From: Octopus vulgaris
Lineage: Eukaryota
Assembly: GCA_951406725.2 (NCBI GenBank)
Contig: OX597824.1
Coordinates: 23,808,001 to 23,872,000 of the forward strand
Length of the DNA: 64,000 nucleotides
Reading direction: 5' to 3'
Part shown: in pieces, positions 28,074 to 42,230 of the stretch
Layout of the letters: the number at the start of each line of letters is the position of its first letter
Numbering within the stretch: the first letter of the stretch is position 1
Translations under genes and position numbers: made by a program
Notes under the pieces: generated by a model
The model's input: the letters and a program-made list of their open reading frames with translations, nothing else
The model's database searches: none
Told to the model about the DNA's origin: nothing

Positions 28074-28237
28074 GATTGATTGATTGATTCTAGTTTCAGC
28101 TCACGACCTGTGGCCATGCTGGGGCACCGCCATTTGGTGTTATTACACGGTTTTACTTCACGAATGCTTTTTAGCAACTGCCATTTGGTGTGTGAGAGAG
28201 TTCGATGCAGCTGCCCTCATCTGCACCTCCTGCCGTG
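28074..28237 (-). mobile_element. Retroelement 3' end sharing the SINE A tail (possible partner LINE)
   Basis: Reverse complement reads ggcggtgccccagcatggccacag...gctgaaactag(aatc)n, with upstream sequence unrelated to SINE A. Confidence 0.55.
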
Positions 28238-28317
28238 AATATATATATATATATACTATGTATGTATGTATGTATGTATGTATGTACGTATGTATGTATG
28301 TATGTATGTATGTATGC

Positions 28318-28350
<33 letters not shown>

Positions 28351-28450
28351 TATATGTATACACGTACACAAATGCAGATGTATGTATACATACATACATA
28401 CATACACACATACATACCTACATACATACATATAATTATATATATATGTG

Positions 28451-28482
<32 letters not shown>

Positions 28483-29054
28483 AAATTATGTTTATGAGTC
28501 AAACCATATAGAGGTGTGTATGTATACGTCTATTTGTATATATATCAGTATGTGTGTGTATGCGTGTGTGTTTGTGTATGCGTGTGTGTGTATGCGTGTG
28601 TGTGTGTGTGTTTGTGTGTATCATAATAAAAATATGACGATTAAGGAGAGCAATGATTTTCCATAAGCTAATATCAGTTTTTCTATCTCTCTATATCTCC
28701 GTGCATATATTTTTTTTTTATATCAAACCCGTGTTGTTTACTTGCTATCTTAACTATATGTCAAACACAGCAGAATATCAAGTAAACAGGCGAATACAAC
28801 ATTTTTATTGTTTCTCGTATTTTCTCCTTCGGTATTAATTTTTATTTTATTTTTTCTTTATTTTTTGTGTTTTATTTTTATTTTTGTTTTTTTTTTATTT
28901 TATTTTATTTTATTTACTAGTTTTTTTTTAATTTTTTTTTTTATCATTCACCTCTGGATATTGTTTATCTCGCAGTGCGTTGTCTTGCTTGTAACTGGCG
29001 GTATTGTTATACATTGTCTTACAGAAATGATTCATTATTAGACACGAGTGTGCA

Positions 29055-29096
<42 letters not shown>

Positions 29097-29171
29097 TGTG
29101 TGTGTGTCTGTGTGCATGTATGTGCGTGTGTTTGAGCTTGCATGTAAGTGCATTTTCATGAGTACACATCC

Positions 29172-29227
<56 letters not shown>

Positions 29228-29877
29228 ATCTATGAATAATTACACACACACATATGCACACATTCACACGTATTTATGTACATATGTAAATGCATACGTT
29301 TATATTGTTTACGTATTACGGGGCTGTTCTTCATACATATGCTAGATCAGGCAATTTGAAATATTAAACCACGTAATTGATGTGAGCCATACATTTAATA
29401 TATATATATATGATTATATATCATATATATGCATATGTAGCTTGTATGTACCTCGTGAGAACTGTCCCTCATAAAGATGAAAGATGGATCTCAAAATCAG
29501 ATTCCCTCTTTTCGTTCATTTTTATGTCCTTGGTGCGCACGTATCCTCAGAACTAGCACTGTTGTACATGCAATCACACACACGCACATGCATCCCCCCC
29601 ACACACACAAACATGCACATACACACACATACACACGCACGTGCACATGCACGCACGCACACACGCACATGTACATACATACACACGCACATGCACGCAC
29701 GCATACACACACGCACATGCACACACACATACATACAAACACAAGCACATGCACACACACACACACACGCATGCACACACACATGCACATGCATGCATGC
29801 ATGCACGCATACACACACGTGCACATATAAGCACGCTAATGTCCTACCTCCCAATATATTTTTTCGGGGTCAAGGCA

Positions 29878-30250
29878 GCACGCCGGGCGAATTGCTTGGC
29901 GGTATTTCGTCTGCCACTACGTTCTGGGTTCAAATTCCGCCGAGGTCGACTTTGCCTTTCATCCTTTCGGGGTCGATTAAATAAGTAGCAGTTACGCACT
30001 GGGGTAGATATAATCGACTTAATCTGTTTGTCTGTCCTTGTTTGTCCCCTCTGTGTTTAGCCCCTTGTGGGTAGTAAAGAAACAGGTACTTCGTCTGTCT
30101 ATATGTTCTGAGTTCAAATTCCGCCGAGATCAACTTTGCCTTTCATCCTTTCAGGGTCAATATATTAAGTACCAGTTGCGTTCTGGGGTCGATCTAATCG
30201 ACTGGCCCCGCATCCCCCAAAATTTAGGGCCTTGTGCCTAAAGTAGAAAA
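29878..30250 (+). mobile_element. SINE family B dimer
   Basis: A Tx1-tailed unit followed by an older-tailed unit. Confidence 0.88.
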
Positions 30251-30479
30251 GAATATATATGTTTGGATGTGTATTTACCCTTCTATCTATGCATCTATCC
30301 ATCCGTGTATATATATATATATATATATGTACATGTGCATTTATGCATCTTTCCTAGGCATGTATTAATTTTTTTGTGTCTGTGTCTCTGTATCCGTGTG
30401 CTCGTGAGTTCGTGCTTGTGTGTGCGAAAGGATTAACTGTGTTAGGAGCAATATTCTGATAGGTTAGCGAACCAAATGT

Positions 30480-31920
30480 CGTTTGGGGTTGTTGACCTCG
30501 TTAGCGAATGAACGAGTGTTTAAATACGCTTCTACCACCTATAAACATGCACGAGGAACCTAGAATGGAAAAGGGTTATTTAAGACCCTAGTAAAGACAC
30601 ATGGGGAAAGTATTACAAACGATGTGCACGCGGTGAGAGTCCACTTTCACCTGTTCTTAGTCGTGGATCACGAAGACTGCAATATCATAGCTAGTGCGCC
30701 CGTTCTAATACAGGAGGAGACGAAAGCCATCGTTTGGTCTTTGGCGAATGATATTATCCCTATGCTATTCGACTCCAAGGTGGAGGCACGTGGCTTAGTG
30801 GTTAGGGTGTCAGCATCATGATCGTAAGATTGTAGTTTCGATTCCTGGACCGGTCGACGCGTTGTGTTCTTGAGCAAAACACTTCGTTTCACGTTGCTCC
30901 AGTCCACTCAGCTGGTAAAAATGAGTAACGCTGCGATGGACTGGCGTCCCGTCCAGCTGGGGAACACATACGCCATTGAAACCTGGAAACCGGGCCCATG
31001 AGCCTGGTTAGGCTTTAAAAGGGCGCATTTATTATTTTATTATTCGTTTCCAAGCAGATGTGTGCGACTTTTCGGCAACACTTCGGTTAACCGTCCAGGA
31101 CGAATAGAGGGCCGGACGCAGGATTAATTTCAAACTAAATTGAAGGACTTCCTGAGAGTCGCGGTAAGGACTTACCGCGACTCTCAGCAAGAGAGGCGGC
31201 GTGTTGTGAAAAATTTATAACAGTCGCAAAAATACGGGAAGCGATATTTGGTTGCATGGCAAGAAAACCGCTTGGTTCAAGTAATCTGATCTAGGAGCTT
31301 TAGTTTTATATTCCTGACTTCTTTGGAGACTCCGTGGCAGATATCTACTGAAAGTGGCAGCAGAATGGGAAAATTACCAGTTTTGTAAGTCGAGGAGTGG
31401 TAACACTGCTGAAGAAGGAACCAAACAAACGGAATGACACGGACGATTTTCTGCCCATATCACTGTTAAATGCAAGTTCCAGAATTCTGGCGAAGGTGTT
31501 TGCGAACAGGTTGACAACTGTTGCGCTGATCTGATTGGTGATGTGCAAACATGCGCCATGCCGAACAGATCTATCCACGATTATCTTTACCCCATACCAT
31601 ACAACATAGAGCAGATGGAAAAGAACCTGGTATCGGTAGGGCCCGATAAATATAGATGAAACAAAAGCTTCCAATAGGATTGACCAATACTAGGTGGCTG
31701 TTCTCACGGCAGCCGGTTTCAGTTCTGTCTTCGGCAGTCGGATCACGGCAATATTCACCGACATCTGCTCGGTCGTTAGGGTGGAATAATTACCTATCAG
31801 AACCATTCTGTATAAACGCATTCAATCTGGCAACGTTGACCCTACTCTTTTCTTCCGAATATACGGACTCGTGTGTCACAACTATTTAAAATATAGAGAC
31901 GTTTGGGTGCATTCCTCTGG
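30480..31920 (+). pseudogene. Degenerate Tx1/L1-clade LINE ORF2 (reverse transcriptase region), interrupted by SINE C
   Basis: About 31382-31512 translates FVSRGVVTLLKKEPNKRNDTDDFLPISLLNASSRILAKVFANRL, matching the (R)PISLLN..KILAK...RL RT motif. Many stops and frameshifts; the 5' boundary is uncertain. Confidence 0.75.
30781..31040 (+). mobile_element. SINE family C, full length (tRNA head, CORE-like block, V-domain-like block)
   Basis: A-box tggcttagtgg, B-box gtttcgattcc, ttgagcaaaacactt, and gatggactggcgtcccgtccag. Imperfect TSD tattcg...tccaag on both sides. Confidence 0.85.
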
Positions 31921-31946
31921 ATATTTTACAGAACTTTATAGATGTA

Positions 31947-32546
31947 GACGCAGGAGTGGCTGTGTGGTAAATAGCTTGCTTACTAACAACATGGTTCCGG
32001 GTTCAGTCCCACTGCATGGCACCTTGGGCAAGTGTCTTCTACTATAGCCTCAGGCCGACCAAAGCCTTGTGTGTGGATTTGGTAGACGGAAACTGAAAGA
32101 ATCCCGTCGTATATATGTATATATATATATAAGTATATACTCTTTTACTCTTTTACTCTTTTACACGTTTCAGTCATTTGACTGTGGCCATGCTGGAGCA
32201 CCGCCTTTAGTCGGGCAAATCGACCCCGGGACTTATTCTTTGTTAGCCCAGTACTTATTCTATCGGTCTCTTTTTGCCGAACCGCTAAGTGTATATAAGT
32301 GTGTGTTTGTGTGTCTGTGCTTGCCCCCCACCCGCCCACCCAACGTCGCTTTGCAACCGATGCTGGTGTGTTTACGTCCCCGTAACTTAGCGGTTCGGCT
32401 AAAGAGATCGGTAGAATAAGTACTAGGTTTACAAAGAATAAGTCCTGGTGGTCGATTTGCTCCTCGACTAAAAGGCGGTGCTCCAGCATGGCCGCAGTCA
32501 AATGACTGAAACAAAGTAAAAGAGTAAAAGAGTAAAAGAGTAAAGA
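31947..32546 (+). mobile_element. SINE family A with an inverted copy of its own 3' end inserted (about 32137-32290)
   Basis: Plus-strand head and tail flank a minus-strand tail fragment. Confidence 0.88.
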
Positions 32547-32906
32547 GTTCATCAGTTGTTTTATTATGACAGAAGGGACAGACACGAGTTATTGAACAAC
32601 ATACAGTTGAACGTAGATTCACTTTCAAAACGTTGCCTGAAGATAAATTCGAGAACTCCGTTATCCATAAATCTATACGATAGCTCTCAGACATTAATTT
32701 TATCGTGTCTACTCGTTAAATAATATAATAACACAATATACATTTTATAATATATGTATATGTCTGTCATTCTGTGTAAATATATTTATAAGTATATCAA
32801 GTATATTATTTAACTTATAAAACAAAGTTCAGCAAATTCGATCATATTTTTCGTAATTGGTGGAAATTGGATGTTAATACAGATTGAAATTATTTTTATT
32901 CATGTA

Positions 32907-32984
32907 GCTGTACGATCGTTTCAGTCAGAAAGACAATAAATTTATTTTAAGAATCTGGGTTGTCAAAAAGTATTCGTCAGTAGC
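32907..32984 (-). ncRNA. Degenerate type I hammerhead motif
   Basis: Reverse complement reads gcta-CTGACGA...gacaa...ttgtc...GAAA-cgatcg-TA-cagc. The base of stem II is poor. Confidence 0.5.
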
Positions 32985-33124
32985 AAAAAATTAAGGATAG
33001 GAAAAAAAGGAAAAATGCTAAATAGACGTTAGAATTACGTAGGTATGGTGTTCGTAATGTGTAATTGTTCTTAGAGTCATACCTGTTTAAAACATACATA
33101 CAGAGAGTCATCTCTATTTAAAAC

Positions 33125-33526
33125 GGCGCAGGAGTGGCTGTGTGGTAAGTAGCTTGCTTTCCAACCACATGGTTCCCGGTTCAGTCCCACTGCGTGGCAC
33201 CTTGGGCGAGTGTCTTCTGCTATAGCCTCGGGCCGACCAAAGCCTTGTGAGTGGATTTGGTAGATGGAAACTGAAAGAAGCCCGTCGTATATATGTACAT
33301 ATATATATATGTGTGCGTGTATGTTTGTGTGTCTATGTTTGTCCCCCTAGCATTGCTTGACAACCGATGCTGGTGTGTTTACGTCCCCGTCACTTAGCGG
33401 TTAGGCAAAATAGAGCGATAGAATAAGTACTGGGCTTACAAAGAATAAGTCCCGGGGTCGAGTTGCTCGACTAAAGGCCGTCCTCCAGCATGGCCGCAGT
33501 CAACTGACTGAAACAAGTAAAAGAGT
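33125..33526 (+). mobile_element. SINE family A, full-length reference copy (tRNA-derived, CORE-like; octopus OK/OR-type)
   Basis: A-box tggctgtgtggta, B-box ggttcagtccc, ccttgggcgagt, an internal (AT/GT) tract, and tail gaaacaagtaaaagagt. Confidence 0.93.
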
Positions 33527-33563
33527 ATACATACATACATACATACATACATACATACATACA

Positions 33564-33595
<32 letters not shown>

Positions 33596-33607
33596 AATAT
33601 ATACAGT

Positions 33608-34730
33608 TTTTAGAAGAAAATCTTTACGAGGAAGCAGACAAAACTTTTGACCAATATTTTAAGAAATATGTCACTGAAAAGTGGGAAAACTTCCTCGATG
33701 ACTGCTTTATTTTGTGGGAGAAAGCATTATCTACAAATATTCGATCTCTTTCTGAAAACCTTTCACCTATCCATGAAATTCACGACAGAAGCCAGTCATA
33801 ATGACTTACTATTCATAAACAGTAAAAAATTATGCGATCCCACAGTAATAACAGATACATTTTCCAAAAATCAGACACAATAATATTTGAACTTCTATTC
33901 TTGTTATCCTTCAAACAGTAATCGGAACATTCGATGCAGTATGGCAAGAGGTAGTTTTGCAATAGTAGTTAATAAAATATATACGTCGAATTCGACTCAA
34001 TGAACGCAAAGTCTTCCTCAAAGACAGAATTAGCACTGAAAATTTTGTTTTTAAATTGGAATTATAAAGGCAGTGAAACTGGACATCATACACTTGTGAA
34101 TGTCTAAGAAAAAATCAAAGAAAATACTGTTCCATTTAGCAATACACATATTCCAGAAGCGACCAAGCTATTTCGCTCAATAAAAACAAATTTGCAAATA
34201 CTCATACAAAGTAGCAAAATGAAAAATCTAGTTGATGAAAACCATATAAGAAACAATAAATGTTAGCAAAAAAAAAACACACTTAAAAACATGTCAGGAG
34301 GGCAACAATCACATCAGTGGATAATTCAGAATTCTCCATGAAGGACTGTGGAGATAATAAATTTGAAATATGTAACAACAATAACTTCAAATACATGGAT
34401 ACTGGTTCCCATATAAAATTTAAGTGAATTCTCCTGAAGAAATGCAGATATGAACTGCAAGACACCAAATCTCATATACTGCGTAACCCACCCCAGCTGC
34501 AAAGAGGATTATATTGTCGAAACTAACAATTCCTTATGTCAACGTGCAGTAATCCACAGGCAACACATCAGACGAAAAAAATTACGGGAGATTCCGTTGA
34601 GTGAGCATCTGGGAATAGGTGAATACAGCAGATCCAAAATCTTTCCCTTCTACAAATGCCCAAGGGCTAACTCGAAAGCCGGTAAGCATTGGAATTATAT
34701 TTTATCAAAACATTATTACCTAAAATAAAC
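33608..34730 (+). pseudogene. Penelope-like retroelement ORF relic (RT C-terminal half plus GIY-YIG endonuclease)
   Basis: FLDDCFILW RT motif at about 33691, MKFTTE, YLNFYSCYP, and NLIYCVTHPSCKEDYIVET (GIY-YIG) at about 34468. Multiple frameshifts. Confidence 0.88.
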
Positions 34731-35520
34731 ATATAAAAAAGTAAAAAAGAAAATATATTTATAAACATATCAGAAATACTAAAATAAATTAGTCTCCCAG
34801 ATGAACTAAATAAGATTACCCCTGGATATTATTATTAATAATGTTCTCGTTAATGTTACTAAATTAATTTGGTAAATCCACTTAAGCAACCAACATACAG
34901 AACACGCACGCGCACACACATGCACACACACACACACACATGCACACACATGCACACACACACACATGCACACACACACACACATGCACACACACACACA
35001 CTCTTACACATACGCTTAAACACACACCACACCCACACATTCAAAACCTTCCAAAACAATTTGATAGAATCTATTTTCTATAGCTGAGTAACATGACAAC
35101 TAACCAAAATTACAAAGTCTAAAAGAAAATTGTCCTCCTTTTTTTCCCCATTTTTTTCTCTCTCACCATGCCTCGAAATATTCACCTCTCACACACACTT
35201 ACAAATACATGCATACACATATATACACTCATATTTATATACAAAAATATACAGATTCACAACAGCAAAGAGTGTCTCCGCAATTTAAGTCAATATTTTT
35301 TTCAACTAACGCGAATATGTATATAAAAGATATGAATTTTCAATAAATATATCATTCAAGATGAATCTCTCAAAAGAGACGAAAGAGCTAAATAAATAAT
35401 TTCTATGCAAAATTTTGACTCCCTCCTCATTCTTAATATATAAAACCTCTAGTCCTCTTCAAGTACACACACACAGAGGCAAACAAACACACAAATATAC
35501 ACACGGATACACACACACAA

Positions 35521-35564
<44 letters not shown>

Positions 35565-35570
<6 letters not shown>

Positions 35571-35720
35571 AGAGTTTTCGAAAAAAACAAAAGACTAAGA
35601 CAGGTGGTGTAGAAAACAAACAGATGTATTAGTATAACGCTCGGGAATTTAAAGTCTTTTACGTTTCGAGCCTACGCTCTTCCACAGAAAGGAAGACAGA
35701 AAGAAATAAGGAGAGAAATA
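35565..35720 (-). mobile_element. Penelope-like pLTR fragment with variant hammerhead (35656-35691)
   Basis: Reverse complement reads cttt-CTGTGGA-a-gagc-gtag-gctc-GAAA-cg-TA-aaag. Confidence 0.7.
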
Positions 35721-35724
35721 TATA

Positions 35725-35966
35725 TTGCCTTCGGAAACGCGGAGTAGTTGAAACAGGGACAGCTGAAGAAGGGGAATATTCTTTATGTTGTATGTCTCGC
35801 TTCTCTGTTTGTTTGTTTGTTTGTTTTTTTTCGCTGTTCGAAAAAAGGTTCGTTTCTAAGTTTTTGTTTAATGTTTTCCTTTCTCATTGTGTCCAACGTT
35901 TTTTGATGTCCTGTACCCATATATGCATGTATATATACATATTGATGTATTTATGTACATATTATT

Positions 35967-35970
<4 letters not shown>
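35725..35970 (+). mobile_element. pLTR fragment homologous to 4195-4460, with a 5'-truncated permuted hammerhead-like motif
   Basis: ccttcg-GAAA-cgcg...gttgaa-ac-agggacag-CTGAAGA-aggggaatattcttt. Confidence 0.7.
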
Positions 35971-36029
<59 letters not shown>

Positions 36030-36759
36030 TATTATCAGACTTAGCTAGCTCTTCATATTACTCAGATATTCAAGAACTGTCAAAAGGAAAGAGAAAGAAA
36101 ACAAGACAGATTGTTTGCTAAAGAGAGAACAAAACTCCCATCTTGATTTCCTTCACTTTCCTTACTTCCGATCGTTTATTTTCTCTCTCCTACATACAAA
36201 CGCATACAAACACAAACCATACACAAACAAGCGGAATATACATACATAGATACATACATGCATGCAAGCACACATATAGAATAGGCTAACCCTCATGAGC
36301 AGATCAATGCGCAGGCAACTATAATATTCTGAACTATAATATCGAGAAAAAAAATCTACAGTATAAATAATCCAGCAAAGAGGGCCCCAAAACCCGCACG
36401 GCCCCACGGTAACTGCTTAAAAAGGCACTGTATACACACGCTCGCGCGCTCACACATACAGAATATAGTCTAAGAAATTTCAATCGAATATCTCACTGGC
36501 AGCTTCGGTCGTAAGTATATACTATAGACAGTGATACGGGCGATTAAGAAATTTCCTCCACTCATCGCATATGGATGTTTACTTAGCTATTTATGTATCT
36601 CTATATACCTCCTCCACATATACACTCCGATGTGCAAACAATGGAAATATATTGTTGTGGGTGTAGGTGGGTATTTGCGTATTTGTAAGTATGAGTATAT
36701 ATGTGAGATTACGTGACAAAGTGTAGGTTCTTACATGCTGTGTATGTTTGTATGTCTGC

Positions 36760-36815
<56 letters not shown>

Positions 36816-36881
36816 ATATCTATCTGTCTATCTATCTATCTATCTATCTATCTATTCGTCTGTCTGTCTGTCTATCTATCT

Positions 36882-37046
<165 letters not shown>

Positions 37047-37116
37047 CTATCTATCTATCAGGCTGTCTGTCTGTCTGTCTGTCTATCTGCCTGTCTGTCT
37101 ATTTAACTATCTATGT

Positions 37117-38615
<1,499 letters not shown>

Positions 38616-38654
38616 ATCTATCTATCTTACTATCTCTCTTTCTATATATCAGAC

Positions 38655-38719
<65 letters not shown>

Positions 38720-38780
38720 CGTGTGTATGTATATATGTATATATGTGTTTATCTAGATGCATATACATATATATATGTAG

Positions 38781-38812
<32 letters not shown>

Positions 38813-38821
38813 GTATATATA

Positions 38822-38857
<36 letters not shown>

Positions 38858-38884
38858 TGTATGTATGTATGTATGTATGTGTGT

Positions 38885-39097
38885 TTGTATGTATTTGTAT
38901 GTCTGTGTTTGTCCCCCCACCATTGCTTGACATAAGATGTTGGTGAGGTTATGTCCCCGAAACGTAGCGGTTCGGCAAAAGACCACGATAGAATAAGTAC
39001 CAGGCTTACAAAGAATAAGTCCTGGGATCGACTTATACGACTTCTAAAGGCGGTGCTCCAGCATGGCTGCAGACAAATGTCTGAAACAAGCAAAACC
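38885..39097 (+). mobile_element. SINE family A 3' half
   Basis: Matches the family consensus. Confidence 0.85.
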
Positions 39098-39099
39098 AG

Positions 39100-39134
<35 letters not shown>

Positions 39135-39161
39135 CATGTATATATGTCTATATATATATTC

Positions 39162-39193
<32 letters not shown>

Positions 39194-39246
39194 ATACACG
39201 CATATATATATGTGTGTATTTATACATATATATGTATTTATATATA

Positions 39247-39285
<39 letters not shown>

Positions 39286-39349
39286 AACTTTTTAATACTT
39301 TTTGATAGTTATATTTATAAAAAAATTTAAAATAATTTTAATAAAAATA

Positions 39350-39395
<46 letters not shown>

Positions 39396-39624
39396 AATTT
39401 ATAAGTATAAATTAAAATTTAAATATTTAAAAAAATTTTAACTTTAAATTTAAATAATTTAAATTTTGAATTTTATATTTTATATATTTTGTCTATTATA
39501 TTAATTATTTTTATTTCTATGTTTTGGTTTATGTTTTTCACTGTTTGATTTGCCTAATAGTGGTTTTATCTCTAATCTAATATATATATATATGTATATA
39601 TATGTGTGTACATACATACATACA

Positions 39625-39660
<36 letters not shown>

Positions 39661-39661
39661 T

Positions 39662-39696
39662 CTGATGAACGGCAACGAGAAACTCAGAGTAACAGA
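39662..39696 (+). ncRNA. 5'-truncated minimal hammerhead motif
   Basis: CTGATGA-a-cg-gcaa-cg-a-GAAA-ctc-a-gag-TA-acaga. The 5' strand of stem I is lost to an (AT)n tract. Confidence 0.65.
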
Positions 39697-39727
39697 TTTT
39701 GTTGAATTTTCTGCTGCTTAAAATAAA

Positions 39728-39770
<43 letters not shown>

Positions 39771-39974
39771 GCTACAAAGTGAAAGGCTGGTCGTAGAGAA
39801 CGACACAGGATGCGATGAGATGCGACGAGAATGGAGGGACGTGTGCGGCGTGGGTGGCGTGTGACGACCATAACGTTGTTGATTCCTTTGACAATGCTAA
39901 CATATGGTCGGATGCTGCACGGAATTCTACAGAATTCAGGTGACACGCTTATGGGACAATGTCCTGCCGTAGTA

Positions 39975-39991
39975 ACAGCAGCAGCAGCAGC

Positions 39992-40039
<48 letters not shown>

Positions 40040-40183
40040 TGTTGTTGTTGTTGTTGTTGTTGTAGTGTAGTAGTAGTAGTAGTAGTTGTAGTAGTAGTAT
40101 AGAAGATAGTGCTGTTGCTTCTAGTATTGGTGGCGGTGGTGGCGTTTGTAATGATGATGTTGGTGCTGCTGTTGTTGTTATTG

Positions 40184-40215
<32 letters not shown>

Positions 40216-41894
40216 GGGCGTGGTCGTGGTGGTGGTAGTGGTTGTAGATATGTTGGTTGTAGTGGTGTTCGTGGTGATGAAAGTGCGGGTGGTTTGGTGG
40301 CGATGGTGGTGATGGTGTTGGTGGTCTTTCTGGTGATGGTTGTGGTGGCGGTGGTGGTGGTGGTCGTGGTGGTGGTGGTGGTCGTGGTTGTGGTGGCGGC
40401 GGTGGTGCTAATGGTGGTGGAGGTGGTAGCCATAGTGGTTATGGTGGTAGTGTTTGTAGGGATGGCAGTGGTGGTGATGTGGTGGTGGTGGTGGTGGTGG
40501 TGATGGTGTGTATTTTTGGTGGTGGCAATGGTGGTATGATGTGATGGCGGGCTTGGTGATGGTGGTGGAGGTAATGGTGGGGGAGGTGATGGTGGTGGAG
40601 GTAATGGTGGCGATCTGGTGCTAGAAAGGGAAAGGTGGCTGTATTGTTTAACTGCCACCTTAATTTTGATCCGGTTGAACTTTGATGAAAGACACTCCAT
40701 CCGTGACAATCCCATCTATTTATCTATTTATTATCCATCCATTCAGGTTGGGGAAGAAAGCATGGTGGTAGTGGAGAGGGTTGGGTTTGGTGGTGCTGGT
40801 GGGGGATGATTGTAGTGGCACTGGGGTTGTGGTGGTGACTGTAGCGTTGTGGCCGTGGTGGTGGTGAATGTGGTGGTGGTGGTGGTGGTGGTGGTGGCAG
40901 CGACGACTGTGGTGGTGGTGGTGATGGTTTTCGGGGCGGCGGTGACGGTTTCGGTAGTTTCGGTGGTGGTGGTGGTGGTAGTGGTGGTTTGGGTGGTAGT
41001 AGTGGTGGTGGTGGTGGTCGTGATGGTGGTGGTGGTGGTACGGATGGTGGTGGTGGTGGTACGGATGGTGGTGGTGGTGATGGTGGTGGTGGTGGTGGTG
41101 GTGGGTTGGGTGGTAGTGGTTGTTTGGGTAGTAGTAGTGGTGGTGGTGGTGGTGGTGGTAGTGGTGGTGGTGGTGGTGGTGGTGGTGGTGGTGGTGGTGG
41201 TGGTGGTGGTGGTGGTGGTGGTGGTGGTGGTGGTGGTGGTGGTGGTGGTGGTGGTGGTGGTGGTGGTGGTGGTGATAGTGGTGGTGGTAATGGTAGGGAT
41301 GGTGGTGGCTAGTGTTATATTTCTACCAGTGTTTGTCCTGGCTGCTGCTGCTGCTGTAGCTCGCGTTGACGTTTTTGTTGTTGTAGTTGTTGTTGTTGTT
41401 GCCGTTGATATTTCACCCGTGAGTGAGCACCAGATGATCCAGACTTATGATCAGAAGGCCTTCCAGCTGTGACCATCCTTTCTTCCACATACATGCAAGG
41501 AACCCAGGAGCACATTATCCAACGCGTTTTCTGAGACCCTTCGTGGTGTGGTTTCAACGAATTCAGCTACTATTTCTAGCACGTGGATCGAACATAGAGG
41601 GAAATACCGACAATTTATGGTAGTGGTGGTGCCGGGTGGCTTGGGTGTTGTTATTGTAGAGGTGGTAGTACCAGTGGTGACAATCATGTTTCTGATGGTG
41701 TTGTTGGTAGTGGTGTTACTGATGACAGTATTGGTAGTACTGGTGGTGATGGCGGGTTCTTGTGCTGGTGGTGGTGGTGGTGGTGGTTGCGGCGGCGTTG
41801 GCGGCGGTGATGTTGCTGGTGTTGTTGGTGGTGGTAGTGGTCGTGGTGGTGGTTGTCGTGACAGTGGTAGTCGTAATTCTTTGTAAGAAGCAGC

Positions 41895-41945
<51 letters not shown>

Positions 41946-42047
41946 GGTGGTGGTGGTGGTGGTGGTGGTGGTGAGTGGTGAGTGCCGTTGGTGTTAGTGG
42001 TGGTGGTAGTGGCACTGGTGGTGGCGAGTGGTTTGACGGTGGTGTTC

Positions 42048-42106
<59 letters not shown>

Positions 42107-42230
42107 GGTGGGGGTAGTGGTGGTGGTAGTAGTAGTAGTAGTGGTGGTGGTGGTGGTGGTTGTAGTAGTAGAAGTAGTCGTAGTATTAGTAGTAGTTGTA
42201 GTAATGTAGTAGTAGTAGTAGTAGTATCAG
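39975..42230. repeat. Extended (GGT)/(AGT)/(GTT) low-complexity region with short unique islands
   Basis: Directly visible. Confidence 0.85.

Noticed and set aside
30781-30855. tRNA gene
   Set aside because: A and B boxes are present, but the sequence continues into a SINE body and tail, with diverged copies elsewhere.
32546-32650. CTGATGA (-) and CTGAAGA (+) heptamers
   Set aside because: No correctly placed GAAA or stems.
39290-39500. Nearly pure A/T stretch
   Set aside because: Likely decayed (AT)n or low-quality consensus; no structure supportable.
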